A stretch of 59,716 nt of DNA from Mizuhopecten yessoensis (GCF_002113885.1 NW_018406583.1:11103-70818); one strand, 5' to 3'. Positions 26,306 through 39,960 are shown, counted from the first letter of the stretch. Numbers and translations are program-made. Notes: a model not told the origin generated them from the sequence alone.

Positions 26306-27340
26306 ACACATGCAGTCAACTGAACAGCGATAGCATAGAGTTGATTATTACTCGTTCCCGTTGGGTTAAACAGCCAGAGCTGTGTCCAAGTTAGAGTTAC
26401 AAACGTTCTCATTATATTCTAAAATGCATGTTCAGTAAATGTTGTATTGGTAATCTTCATAATTTACAATAATTAGACGTAGTATATGTTTTATCATTCT
26501 TCATTCTTTATTAAAACATACAGTATTCTATACTTGTATTTCATTACAGGAATAATATTCTTCAAAATAAAGATATAATTAGATCTATATATACTAATTG
26601 TGTTTTATTACACTAATTACCAAAATAATCCACGATCAATGAAGTAACAGAAGAAGCAACTCTGTATCATCCCGGTTTCAAAACCAGCCACAAGATTATA
26701 TATGTCACTGTGGAAATGTTGTCACATTTGCGATTGCTATATTTGAAGTCACTCGAGGTCATTGTCAAAGTACGTGCATCAAACATTGGTAAGCCCGTTC
26801 TTATGACATACCAATAAGGATCCCCCTACCTCTGCCCAAACTGTACATACCTGTTGTGAAAAAAATCTGGCATGACAATAGCTTTGATCAATCATTTCCG
26901 AACAGAAACCATAACTTGCGAGACTTTTATTGAAGGTGAAATACATAAAATATATCCAACAACGGTTTTCTGAGTGAAACACTGGAATTCAGATTATATA
27001 CTATCGCTCTTACCAATTGAGCTACCTAGTTTAAGGGGAGTGTTCGGGCCCGATTGTGTTAGTTATATTAAAATAGAAGTTAAAGGGGGTTACTGTACAA
27101 AAAAACACAGTGCACTGGGACATGGATCCTTAAGCGAGGTTTATCGCGTAGCAACCTTACGGTCTGTGGTCGGTGTCTGTTAAGACAACGTTACATCAGA
27201 TTTTTTTTTATAATTTCAAGTTGAGAACGTCAAATATTGGTATCTGCATGTCTACATGCTTTCTGACATGCACGGTTACGCCCCCTTGATGCCTGTCGCT
27301 TGCGAGCTTGGCTAACGCGGTCGCCTCTTCAAGCCTTGAC

Positions 27341-27370
27341 CACGGAATTAGATTGCTATCTAAGTCCGTG
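27341..27370. mobile_element. 30-bp TIR-only remnant with 7-bp TSD (putative excision footprint)
   Basis: CCTTGAC|CACGGAATTAGAT-TGCTATCTAAGTCCGTG|CCTTGAC. Confidence 0.75.
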
Positions 27371-27566
27371 CCTTGACCGAGCATTGAAGCAACTACAAAT
27401 TACAGACAAATTTGTATTAAAATGCGCGGGGCAATGGCCTTATAACAAAATAGATGGAAAAAAACGTAAATAAATTTTGAACAAAGGAAAATTAAAATAA
27501 CGGCCAGGTGGAAGCTGAAATCTATGCTTGGATGATATAGGTAAATTGTTGTTGGCGAAATTGGTC

Positions 27567-27987
27567 CGTGGTTGTGGACTTGTGGTAAATTGACTGTGGT
27601 TGTGGTAAATTGACTGTGGTTGTGGGTTGTGGACTTGTGGTAACTTGACTGTGGTTGTGGACTTGTGGTAACTTGACTGTGGTTGTGGACTTGTGGTAAA
27701 TTGACTGTGGCTGTGGACTTGTGGTAAATTGACTGTGGTTGTAGACTTGTGGTAACTTGACTGTGGTTGTGGACTTGTGGTAACTTGACTGTGGTTGTGG
27801 TAAATTGACTGTGGTTGTGGGCTTGTGGTAAATTGACTGTGGTTGTGGACTTGTGGTAAATTGACTGTGGCTGTGGACTTGGTTGTATAAAAGGTTGTAT
27901 AAAGTTTTGTGGTAAATTGTCAGTGGTTGTGGACTTGTGGTAAATTGACTGTGGTTGTGGACTTGTGGTAAATTGACTGTGGTTGTG
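27567..27987. repeat. 28-bp minisatellite (GTTGTGGACTTGTGGTAAATTGACTGTG)
   Basis: About 15 tandem units built from TGTGG sub-repeats. Explains ORF 27400-27996. Confidence 0.95.
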
Positions 27988-28327
27988 CTGCCACACGACG
28001 TGAAGGTGGACGGAGCTGCCTCACATTCGACCAGTAATCAAAACTAAGTAAAAGTAGAAATAAATAGAAAAAAAAGAGACATTTTACTTCATGATTAATG
28101 TTGATATGGTGATGATAATGAACATGAGTGAGGCCGAAACGGTCAAATCAACGGAAACATGATAGAGCTCAGCACGGCCTACAAGGCAAGAATGGTTTGT
28201 TGTCATATATATAAAGTTGCCCACAAAAGATTGAAAACTCGTCGCACGAATCCTTTCCAAGGAATTCCGCCTAATCAACCTAACGCGAGTCACGACATGA
28301 CAAGCAGATTTGAGTTTCATAGTCGTC

Positions 28328-28586
28328 TGGGGTTACGCTCACTTACGCTCTCTGTACTCCTGTGGGAATATGAAGGTACGAAGCTAGTTATTTGATTGGT
28401 CTCAGGTAAAGATACATATACCTATCCGTTGAAGATTACAAACGAGCGTTAGATGTACATGTCAAAGGATCAAACTGGCCTTCCTCGTCTCATCCATAAA
28501 GTAGCGCACACTGAGCTTTCGATTTTGTCATGACATATTAGGGGTGCAGAGAACGTAAGTGAGTGTGGCCCTTGAGTATCGAGGAT
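28328..28586. mobile_element. MITE family C (TIR CTCGATACTC..GGGTTA.GCTCACTT.CGCTCTCTG.ACCCC)
   Basis: Inverted arms GGGTTACGCTCACTTACGCTCTCTGTAC and GGGGTGCAGAGAACGTAAGTGAGTG...GAGTATCGAGGAT. Other copies at 40939-41293 and 42743-43019. Confidence 0.7.
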
Positions 28587-28861
28587 GAGATGTCGATCGC
28601 AAAACTTTGAGTCATATAATTGGCCATCGTAGGAAATAATGCACTTTTAATCAAACAATGAATATCGAACAACTCTTGTTTCTTCATTTTGTTGCTACCT
28701 CTGAAGATCGTGCAGTGCCCGATATACCAGTCTTTTGTCTTCTGTCCAACTAGGTCATGTAAATGGCGGGGAAACTACGTCACACGTGTCCCCGGCCTGA
28801 TGTATGATTGTACAATTACACCGTCTTATCTTTCACCAGGAAAATCTATCCGCACTTAAAT

Positions 28862-31800
28862 TCATACATCTGGCATACATGATATAACACCTATACGATT
28901 TATCCTTTTCCCGTTTTGACCACATTCAAAAACTGCACTAGCGTTCCGACAAGTACACATTTGAGAATCAAAGTACATGTCTCTTTTACAAGATTGTGTC
29001 ATCAGTACGGACCCCGTGACACATTTATGGTAAACCCCACAGCTCCAGGAGTCCGGGAACATCCTCCCTGCTGCCTCGTTCGTACAACTATGTGGGGGCT
29101 CTGTAAAACAAAATGAGATAACTCTATTTTTGATATGTGTTGAATATATGATTTAGGTTTCGAAAAAAGAGGGTAGGCAAAAGGTTAAATAGATATTAAA
29201 ATCAACAGATTATAAACAGAACACACACATATTTCTTGATTTTGTCACGTAAAAAACGTATGACTTATTAATGAAACATCATGCCCAAAAAGTTATAATG
29301 AAAAATAAAATTTGTTGAAAATAAAAAAATAAAAAACTACTTCTGCCAAAATCTTTCTAGAGTAGATAAAATGCTGTATAATGTTAAAATACGTGCACTA
29401 CAACAACGACTCAGTTTTGCACATGCGCTCCGAGATATATGACGAACCTGACAAAAATAGACTGTTAGTTGGAATGGAAGACTCTTTCAATCCATATTTT
29501 GTGTATGAAGGGTATGGGCGGCACATCAGCCTTGACATCGATCTCAAAGTAAAATCCATGACAACACCAGAACACTCAATCGACCAGCCCTCTTCGGTAC
29601 TATACAGTGATATGCACGTGAGATTTACGTCATATACAATCGTCACTTTGTTGTCATGACAACCCATCAGTATAACAGGGGCCGGATAACATCCAGAGCG
29701 CAGAGAACAGGTCACTCCATACGACACATTCTCGCCGAAATCTCCCATATCGCGGGACAATTGAATGGACGTTTCGGCAATAACATCTGTGGAAATCAAA
29801 CGTTTTTTACTGTAACAATTAGAGAACAATCAATACATATTTATGATAACACTGTTATGCTGGTTGTCATTTTTGTTGGGGGTACATTGATAGGACGGTA
29901 TTGCCGAGTGAACACAAGGGGCAAAGTGTCTTTAACACATAGGGATTGAATGACTTTTTTTTAAAGATTATTGAGTAGTTCTTGCAAGTAACATATAATA
30001 GAAAATGTGTTTGAACATTGAAAAAACGTTAATCCCTCTATAACATTCTAAATTTACAGCTAGTAATGATTCTATCAATTTGATTCCCTAATATTTGCCA
30101 TATTGAAATATCTGCATCAGATACTGCAATCGTTTCTGTATCAGTGCAGACGAAAATCTTTAAACATCCTAGCATATAAATGTTTGCTTCTTGCAACACC
30201 CTCAAGTCACGCAAGGCGGGAGCAGGCCAACGTGACACCGATATCATTGCGTTTATAGCCCTTATGAACGCAATATCTTTCGGTATTGTTTATGGAAGGG
30301 ACCATATAAGACTGTAATGGCTTAAGTACAATATGTGATAGAAAATAGTCATTGTCTAACAGAGAACTTCAATCACGCGCCGAATGTGTTAGAAATCGTA
30401 TAATCTTATATTTTTCAAGCTATGTATATGACAATGTTTTAGTTTTACCGAAGAAAAGACTGCTTTAATAAAAGCAAATTAGACAAACTCTAGTGTTAGC
30501 TGGCATTGAATTAAGTGTGAATTGCTTATTTTGTGTACATTTTCCGGGGAAAATTAAAACTCTTGCATTGACTTACATCGTATTAAATACAATAGTCAAT
30601 AGATAAATGACAGTTGAAGATTATTAATTCAGGCATTTTTCTCCTATAGTTTTTCATACCTTACCTTTTACATCGATACCAATACTGTGTTCCACGTCAT
30701 CAATTGTGATGCCCACGTGGTACTTTACAGCTCCGGCACACTTGACAGTGCTTCTGGTTAATATCACTTTGTTTCCAAGGTCGCCAATTTTTATGGTCCA
30801 AAGTCTCTTACGATATGTGGAATTTGCTACTAATTTAAATATTTCTATTTCCGGTTCCGCCACAGACTCCATCATTGCGAAACGTAAATGCAAAGTTCGA
30901 TTTACATACGTGGTGTCTAGATCACATTTAATCACTATGCTGCTCTGAAAGTCAATGGTGTCCATGTTCTCGACGTGACAATGAAATGTATGGTCTGAAA
31001 TGAAAGAGGTAAGCATACGTCATTACAACTACACCTACACTCTTTAACAGACAAATAGATAAGGGGGGTACCACACTTATTTCAGTTAAGTACATTGACA
31101 CAATAAGTAAAAGTGGCGGACCCTGCTACATGTAACAGAAACCGGGTTTATCACTATCTTTGACATGTAACATACTCTCATCTCTGCTAGACCAATAACT
31201 TTCACCAGATAGTGTTCGGTTACTTGTTCTTAATATAACTGTTTGGTTTTATCTGTGTCAACAGTTAGATTCAACATTGCAGCTTTTTCTGTAAAAACCG
31301 TGACAAATCTAATTTTGTGTACATTTTCAGAAAATAAAACTCTGTCATTGGTGTACATCGTAGTAAAAACACTAATCTACTTCAATTGGCTCATTTTTTA
31401 TATCATAAAAAAAGATGATGATAACGCTGCCCTTTGTAATAACATTTATGTCAAACATGAAAGACAATTTACCCTGTAGTTTTATGTTATTTGCTTCATT
31501 AAACCTTGACCTCATGGCATTAAGCAAACTACTTCCTGTTCCACTTTCAAACGTTGAAACCAAAAGTTTTCATTTGAAAGACATTCCAATGTCTTTCTAT
31601 CAAAGCCTCCTATTTTGTTTTAAAGCGACATCACGGTGAAGTATATTTTTAACGCCATTTTTTTTAAATGCTGCATAAATATATCAAATGAGTCTCCTAA
31701 TTGTCAATGACAGTGGGATTGCGCCGATACATTTGCATAAAATGTATAATTACTCATAAAAGAGGGGATCCATATATCCTGCCTGGTCACACATTTCATA

Positions 31801-32500
31801 CTGTATTTTCTTGCGTAACATCTAATAACGCATGCGCACATCACGCCATAACGAAATGGCTTGCCGTGTTCAATGCAACCCTAGTATGAAGCTCAGGTTC
31901 AAATCATAATTCCCCATCGATTTCAACAACTTCCGTTGTACTCTATATCAATATCTATATCAATAATATTTTATTAGATAAACAAGTGCACAACTCAGCG
32001 ATGTTATAAGCTAGAATATTTTTCAAAAAATTATTGGTACTGTATTTTTCATACTTTATACTACATCCGCATATGACTTGGTATATCAGCAAGGCACTTA
32101 AAGTATATAAAACACTCATCCATAATTAATTTATGTCACGCGGCTTTAACGTGGAAAAAATGCCGTTTTACGTGTTAGAAAGCCCAACGTATCACCTCTT
32201 TATCTCTAACATTGAAGTCATTGTAGAACATAGAACGTGGAACGATTCCATGCAAGAAAAAGCGACCTGAAAATAACTGGGCGTCAAAATCTCATAATAC
32301 GTTTTTGTACATGTTCGATAAATTGTAATATTGCCTCGATATTTGGCGAAGAGTTGAGGTGTAAACGTGGCCATACCTTTGGGAGGTCTGTGTTGTCTGC
32401 TGTTGAAGACTAGGACCATTATCAGTGCGAGGAATATGAGGACGGACACTGCCACCGGTACTAGCCGGTACACAACCCTCCATTTCGTCTGTGACTTCAT
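28862..32500 (-). CDS. Predicted membrane-anchored or secreted protein with two divergent Ig-like domains and a C-terminal chitin-binding type-2 (CBM14/peritrophin-A) domain, 343 aa
   Basis: Exons (minus): 32500-32377 (MKSQTKWRVVYRLVPVAVSVLIFLALIMVLVFNSRQHRPPK), 30994-30665 (110 codons), 29786-29448 (113 codons; VTCSLRSGCYPAPVILM...LMCRP), 29100-28862 (SCTNEAAGRMFPDSWSCGVYHKCVTGSVLMTQSCKRDMYFDSQMCTCRNASAVFEC). All introns are phase 1, GT-AG; total 1032 nt with no stops. CBM14 is well supported; the Ig assignment is weaker. Confidence 0.78.
31620..32149. mobile_element. TTAA-flanked (Kolobok-like) non-autonomous element in intron 1 of the Ig/CBM14 gene
   Basis: TTAAAGC... at the left and ...GCTTTAA at the right. 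5' part is homologous to 23660 onwards. Confidence 0.5.
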
Positions 32501-34739
32501 CTAAAACTCACAAGAAGATAACAGGAACATTACAACGCCTGTACAGTTATTAATTATACGTATATTCTATACATAACGATATTCATGCATGCTCAGCTAT
32601 ATACATTCGTGACTCCTAAAGTTTCTAGTGACTACCCCCGCGCCCTGTCAGACTTGTAGTAGGGCACGTTGTGTGAGAAAGTCTTTTTTACATAGCAATC
32701 ATGCTGCTGCATTTCTACGTTTGAGTCATATCACTGCTTTATGTATCATTATTTCGAATATTGATAACTTTTGAACATTCACGGGTGAAACAAACAAAAA
32801 TCAATTAAAATACGACGCAATGCTGCCGCTATCTGATTTAATACAATATACAAGTAACTGATAGTGTTACAACATATATATTTACCAGGAGCGTATTTAT
32901 AAACTCAATTTTAGTGATGGGACATAATTTATTTCATAACCTTTTATGGTGTATGATGTGACTTCAAATGAGTAAAAATACATCTATACTTTGCTGTTAA
33001 CATATATGATATATAATGTGTTTAGCAAATGTTCTATTTAAAACGTATTTACACCACAAACATACGCGTATATATTGATTAACATGATGGTTTACTGGCG
33101 TATTTCTAGCGTAACGCAGGAAATAGTTTCATGTTTCATGGACAATAAATGTTGTAATATAGTAAGGCAGGATTCAATTACTATTATCTGTACTCGAAAT
33201 CATATGCGGAAATATTGTCCTTTAGAACAAAATTTGATCGACAAACGTTTTAAGACATACTTTCTCATTCAAGTGTCAACTCTTTATATTATATTTACAT
33301 CTCGCACGTAAAAGCGAGTTCTATACCTTTAAAAGTTGACATTTCACAATTTTGTATACTGGCTTCCGTTTGAAATGTGTTCAGATTTGTTATTGGTTTG
33401 CCGGCATCTCTTTGTCACTATTTACAATAGAGAACACAAACAACACAAACAAGTAAGTCTAAACACTGTTTTTTATAACAAAACATTCCGATTTTGGTCG
33501 CATCTATAGACAATGTTTAGGTCTAAGCCAGGGAAATATGGGGCTCCCCAAAGGGTTAAGCAAATGTCCGACTATTCGGTTATTTATTTTGGTAACCGGT
33601 TCATGGTCTTCCGACCGAGTAGCCGGCTAGCCGTTCACAACCCTCATTTAACGAATGAACAATGACATGTCAAAGGTCTTTTGATAATGCAATCTATGTT
33701 TGATTAATCAAGAATTATCTAATGAAATACTATACCATACATTAATCACTATAAGAAAGCTCATTCACTTATGTGTGATCTAAATAATCATTACATAATC
33801 ATTCATTACTCATGAATTCATTAACCTCCTTATGTTTATGGTAATTCCAAGCACAGGTAAAATTTTATCTCTCATGAAAAAACCCTTAAAAAACCCACAT
33901 AAATCACTTAAAAACGTATCTTAGTACATCAATTTTGTTTTCTCATTTGCGAGAGGTACCTGTGTTTCAAGAGCTCAAATATCTATATGTCATGCTAAAT
34001 CAGTTATAAAATAGAAAAATATATGTTAAATTTCTCCAAAACAACGGAAATTATATAATATTAACAAACAATAATCAGCTAACATACTTACGACATAGTC
34101 CTGCCACAGTCGCGTGTATCTGTAAGATAATTCCAGACTAACACCTCACATCAGGCAAAGCAAACGTGACGTCAGTTTCATTACCAACGCGGTAATACCA
34201 TTTACATTTTCTTCTGTAATATAAATCAATTTAAAGTACATGCAAATGGAATTTGACGAATATGAATATTGCGTTAATGCTCGAGCCGACAGATACTATA
34301 GTAACCCTAGTCTGTTGCTGTCGATGAAATTACAGTTTCCGGTAACTGGCGGTTTTTTGTTTAGATCATTCTAACATCTGGATTAAAAATGTTTACGTTC
34401 TCTTTTCATCAGAAGAGTAATAGCTTGTGTCTGCAAACACCACTTTCGGTTTCAAAAGGTACACTTGTACCTGTGTGAACCATTTACAATCAGTATATAG
34501 ATCTTCCCACACAGCCGCTATCTCTGTGTGTACTCTACACATACGTATCTGTGTGTTAACTATCATCCTATGTACTCCAAACATATGTTAACACTTATAC
34601 ATAGTTGCCGGGAAACGTAACCTTTACTTGTGAATTTCAGAACTTGTGTTTCATTTAGCTAATCACTGATCTAACCTTTGATGATACTACGGAATTAGCT
34701 ATATCTAAGTCTGTGGTGATAGTGAAATATGGTATTTAT

Positions 34740-36175
34740 CATACAAACTATGATATATGTGATCATGCATGTATGAACTACGGTACAACTGGTCAAGGTT
34801 GTATAAACGACGGTATATGTGGTCATACTTGTATGAACTACGGTATGTCATGTTACCTTTGTTTAAACTACGGTATGTCCTATCATGGTTGTATGAACTA
34901 CGGTATGTCCTATCATGGTTGTATAAACTACGGTATGTCATGTCATGGTTGTTTAAATTGAGGTATGTCCTATCATGGTTGTATGAACTACGGTATGTCC
35001 TATCATGGTTGTATAAACTACGGTATGTCCTGTCATGGTTATATGAACTATGGAATGTCCTGACATGGTTGTATGAACTACAGTATGGCCTGTCATGGTT
35101 GAATGAACTACAGTATGTCCTGACATGGTTGTACGCATGAACTATAGTATGTCCTGTCATGGTTGTATCAACTACAGTATGTCCTGTCATGGTTGCATGA
35201 TCTACAGTATGTCCTGACATGGTTGTATGAACTACGGTATGTCATGTCATGGTTGTATGAACTACAATATGTCCTGTCATTGTTGTATGAACTACAGTAT
35301 GTCCTGACATAGTTGTATGCATGAACTACAGTATGTCCTGTCATGGTTGTATGAACTACAGTATTTCCTGACATGGTTGTATGAACTACGGTATGTCCTG
35401 ACATGGCTGTATGCATGAACTACAGTATGTCATGCCATGGTTGTATGAACTACAGTATGTCCTGACTTGGTTTTTGAACTACGGTATGTCCTGTCATGGT
35501 TGTATGAACTACAGTATGTCCTGACATGGTTTTTGAACTACGGTATGTCCTGTCATGGTTGTATGAACTACAGTATGTCCTGTCATGGTTGTATGAACTA
35601 CAGTATGTCCTGACATGGTTGTATGAACTACAGTATTTCCTGACATGTTTGTATGAACTACAGTATGTCCTGACAAGGTTGTATGAGCTACAGTATGTCC
35701 TGACTTGGTTGTATGAACTACAGTATGACCTATCATGGTTGTATGAACTACAGTATGTCCTGACATGGTTGTATTCATGAACTACAGTATGTCCTGTCAT
35801 GGTTGTATGAACTACAGTATGTCCTGTCATGGTTACATGAACTACAGTATGTCCTGACATGGTTGTATGAACTAGGTTATGTCCTGTCATGGTTGCATGA
35901 ACTACAGTATGTCCTGACATGGTTGTATGAACTACGGTATGTCCTGACATGGTTGCATGAACCACAGTATGTCCTGTCATGGTTGTATAAACAACAGTAT
36001 GTCCTGACATGGTTGCATGAGCTACAGTATGTCCTGTCATGGTTGCGTGAACTAGGTTATGTCCTGTCATGGTTGCGTGAACTAGGTTATGTCCTGTCAT
36101 TATTGCATGAACTAGGGTATGTCCTGTCATGGTTGTATGAACAATGGTTCTCCTGTTACGGTTGAATGAACTGTG
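34740..36175. repeat. 30-bp minisatellite (ATGAACTACAGTATGTCCTGTCATGGTTGT)
   Basis: About 45 tandem units with occasional 34-bp variants. Explains the TMTGHTVVHT and YELQYVLSWL ORFs. Confidence 0.97.
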
Positions 36176-37050
36176 GTATATCTGGTAAAGGTCGTTTGGA
36201 AAAGAACAAACGTAATTACGTATATTAACATGTGTGTTATCACTACAGACGGCATGTTAACGTGCATGTGAGTATAACTCTTGATTGATGTATAATATAA
36301 ATTATGTATTTACAGTTATATATAATGAAATAAAAGCTGGATACACATTTTCAATTATGTATATTATGAATATAAACATATATAATAACGTATAACAGTT
36401 ATATATACATACATTAGTATGCATTAGAAATTAGATATACATGTACATTTATAATTATCTATACCAGCTATAAATACATTCATAATTATGAATAACAGCT
36501 ACATGTAGATATACATACATAATTCTATGTTTACTTTATATTTAATTACTCGAGGCATATATGATTATATGCAAGTTTAAAAAAGTACATAACTACATAT
36601 ACCTACAAACTGCATATTAAAACTGAACTAAATAAATACTACTTATATATACATATTTACCTGCTCTCTCAGTCCTTGCACGTGCATGAATACGAAGGTT
36701 GTGAATATCTTACCCCTGCACAACAGCCTTCAGTCATACAAATTGTAATAAATCTTAATCAAAACGGACATACACTAATGTTTCGATACTGTGTGATGGT
36801 AGACACAAAATACAGCTGTGTATTATCATGCAGTACATCACTGACGGCCAGCTGACCACTATCACGTGAGGGCGCGTGCTTCTGTCCATCACCTGTCTGA
36901 GCTACGGATACCGACCACATTTATCATTCTAAACATACGAGAATAAACGTCATCACAATTCACTGAATCAAACAATTCAATATTCGCTGGAAAATTTACG
37001 AGGCCAATGGCGAGTTATCATAGCTATAAAGACAAGAAGTGTAACATAAT

Positions 37051-37400
37051 GCACGGTAGTCTAATGGTAGGACGCCGGGCTCGTGACCGAAGGGTTGTGG
37101 GTTCGAGTCACGGCACGGCACTGTGTTGTATCTTTGGGCAAGATACTGTACCCCGCTTGTTCCAGTCTACTCAGCTGTAACTGAGTACGTGGTTGAGCAG
37201 TGCTAGAACTGTTGAATGCTAGCTGTTAGCGCCGAAATGGCAGCTCCGGCTGTATGCTCCCCCAGGGAGTTGAGAAAGATATTGGCTGGTTGCAAAGGCC
37301 TTATAACCACGGAAAATAATTTCTGAACCGCTTTAAGACGACCTACGAACTAGGTTGTGATAAAGTGGTAAATAAGAACCTCGAGTTATTATTATTATTA
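37051..37400 (+). mobile_element. Full-length tRNA-derived SINE (family 1)
   Basis: A-box-like TAGTCTAATGG, B-box GGTTCGAGTCA, central CTTTGGGCAAGATACT...GGCTGTATGCTCCCCCAGGGAGTTGAG, (TTA)n tail. Three copies in the window. Confidence 0.85.
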
Positions 37401-38057
37401 CATGATATGCCTTCTTTGGTTTACCACAATTACCATTAAACGGTATTGGCCGATGAAGCGTTTACCTAGCGTAGTCGTATACAGTTGTGTTAAAAAGAAC
37501 AAGAGTTTAAAAGATCTAGCTAATAGGCTTTTTTAATCAATCATTAATGCAATTGTTGATTATTGAATTGTCACACAGTATATTACTGATAAATACAGTC
37601 ATATGGTAATCTAAAAACTGTCTACATTGTCCTGCCAATTCTGAGCCAATTTTGGCTTACGAGACACTATAGTCATTAAAATACAATTAACAATTACATT
37701 TACAAAAAGAGGACACCCTTATTGCATTACAATCTATTATCAGGATAAATGTTTTCTTCGTTTAAACAAAGAATAACAGGCAAGAAAGACGTAAATATAA
37801 AGATAGTCATAAGGATTATTTTTTTCATTTCAGTTATACACAGACGTCATTAAATACTTAATATATCAGTGTTAAAGGTAGATATGCCTAAACGAAAATT
37901 ATAAAGAAAATAAACATATGTTGCATAAGGCTTGACAGGTGCCACATATTGTCTAGATGAGCTTACTATTCCCGACTCTCCAGTCGTTTCTGTAGTGGTT
38001 TTAATCCCCAATTCCCGGTATTGTATTTTTGTATCAATTTTGAATCGGTTTTTGCCT

Positions 38058-39960
38058 TGTTGTTGACGCTGTGGTATATTTTGACCATGTGTGTTGACGC
38101 TGTAGTATATTTTGTCCATATTTGTTGACGCTGTGGTATATTTTGTCCATGTGTATTGACGCTGTGGAGTTTTTATCCATGTGTGTTGACGCTGTGGTAT
38201 ATTTTGTCCATATGTATTGACGCTGTGGTATATTTTGTCCATGTGTGTCAATGTTGTAGGTTTTTTTTGTCCATATGTGTTGACGCTGTGGTATATTTTG
38301 TCCCTGTGTGTTGACGCTGTACTATATATTTTGTCCATATTTGTTGACGCTGTGGTATATTTTGTCCATGTGTGTTGACGCTGTGGTATATTTTGTCCAT
38401 ATGTGTTGACGCTGTGGTATATTTTGTCCATGTGTGTTGACGCTGTAGTATATTTTGTCCATGTGTATTGACGCTGTGGAGTTTTATCCATGTGTGTTGA
38501 CGCTGTAGTATTTTTTGTCCATGTGTGTTGACGCCGTGGTATATTTTGTGCATATGTGTTGACGCTGTGGTATATTTTTTCCATATGTATTGACGCTGTG
38601 GTATATTTTGTCCATGTGTGTCGATGTTGTAGTATTTTTTGTCCATGTGTGTTGACGCCGTGGTATATTTTGTGCATATGTGTTGACGCTGTGGTATATT
38701 TTGTCCATATGTATTGACGCTGTGGTATATTTTGTCCCTGTGTGTTGACGCTGTAGTAGATTTTGTCCATATTTGTTGACGCTGTGTTATATTTTGTCCA
38801 TGTGTGTTGACGCTGTGGAGTTTTTTTATCCATGTGTGTTGACGCTGTGGTATATTTTGTCCATATGTATTGACGCTGTGGTATATTTTGTCCATGTGTG
38901 TTGACGCTGTAGTGTATTTTGTCCATGTGTGTCGATGTTGTAGTATATTTTGTCCATGTGTGTCGATGATGTTGTATGTTAATTAATGTGTGTTGACGCT
39001 GTGGTATATTTTGTGCATATGTGTTGACGCTGTGGTATATTTTGTCCATATTTGTTGACGCTGTGGTATATTTTGTCCATGTGTGTTGACGCTGTAGTAT
39101 ATTTTGTCCATGTGTGTCGATGTTGTAGTATATTTTGTCAATGTGTGTCGATGTTGTAGTATATTTTGTCCATGTGTGTCGATGTTGTTGTATGTTAATT
39201 AATGTGTGTTGACGCTGTGGTATATTTTGTGCATATGTGTTGACGCTGTGGTATATTTTGTCCATATTTGTTGACGCTGTGGTATATTTTGTCCATGTGT
39301 GTTGACGCTGTAGTATATTTTGTCCATGTGTGTCGATGTTGTAGTATATTTTGTCAATGTGTGTCGATGTTGTAGTATATTTTGTCCATGTGTGTCGATG
39401 TTGTGTACATTTTGTCAATGTGTGTCGATGTTGTAGTATATTTTGTCCATGTGTGTCGATGATGTGGTATAATTTTCCATGTATGTTGACGCCGTGTTGA
39501 CGCCGTGGAGTATTTTATCGATGTGTGTTTACGCTGTGGTATATATTGTCCATGTGCGTGACGCCGTGGGGTATTTTTTCCAGGGGTGATGACGCTGAGA
39601 GGTTTTCGTTCTTGAGGTTTGACACTGTGGTACTAAGTATATATCTATATTTCACTTTGCTTTTCAAATGTTTCAAATACTGTTTTCCTTTGAATTTCAA
39701 CATTTTTTCATGTGTCGATGATGTGGTATATTTTGTCCATGTGTGTCGATGTTGTAGTATATTCTGTCCATGTGTGTCGATGTTGTAGTATATTTTGTCC
39801 ATGTGTGTCGATGATGTGGTATATTTTTCCATGTATGTTGACGCCGTGTTGACGCCGTGGAGTATTTTATCGATGTGTGTTTACGCTGTGGTATATATTG
39901 TCCATGTGCGTGACGCCGTGGGGTATTTTTTCCAGGGGTGTTGACGCTGAGAGGTATTCG
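38058..39960. repeat. 31-bp minisatellite (GTTGACGCTGTGGTATATTTTGTCCATGTGT) with a ~352-bp duplication at its right end
   Basis: About 50 units. GTATGTTGACGCCGTGTTGACGCCGTGGAG occurs at 39481 and 39833, each followed by the same unique tail (to about 39710 and 40062). Confidence 0.97.

Noticed and set aside
27400-27996. 198-aa mucin-like ORF adjacent to the CBM14 gene
   Set aside because: It is a translation of a 28-bp (non-triplet) minisatellite that cycles through frames, and it lies downstream of the gene's stop codon.
34705-36165. Multiple His/Thr-rich and Tyr/Leu-rich ORFs
   Set aside because: They are translations of the 30-bp minisatellite on both strands, with no splice or domain support.
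37051-37125. tRNA gene
   Set aside because: The tRNA-like head continues into a SINE body and (TTA)n tail, has multiple degenerate copies, and lacks a clean acceptor stem.
37850-39418. 522-aa ORF (QHTWTKYTTAST repeats)
   Set aside because: The minus strand of the 31-bp monomer has no stop codon in any frame, so long ORFs arise automatically; overlapping ORFs occur in all three frames.
5310-39960. Regular ~30-40 bp repeats as a CRISPR-like array
   Set aside because: The units are head-to-tail with no unique spacers, there are no cas genes, and the context is eukaryotic.
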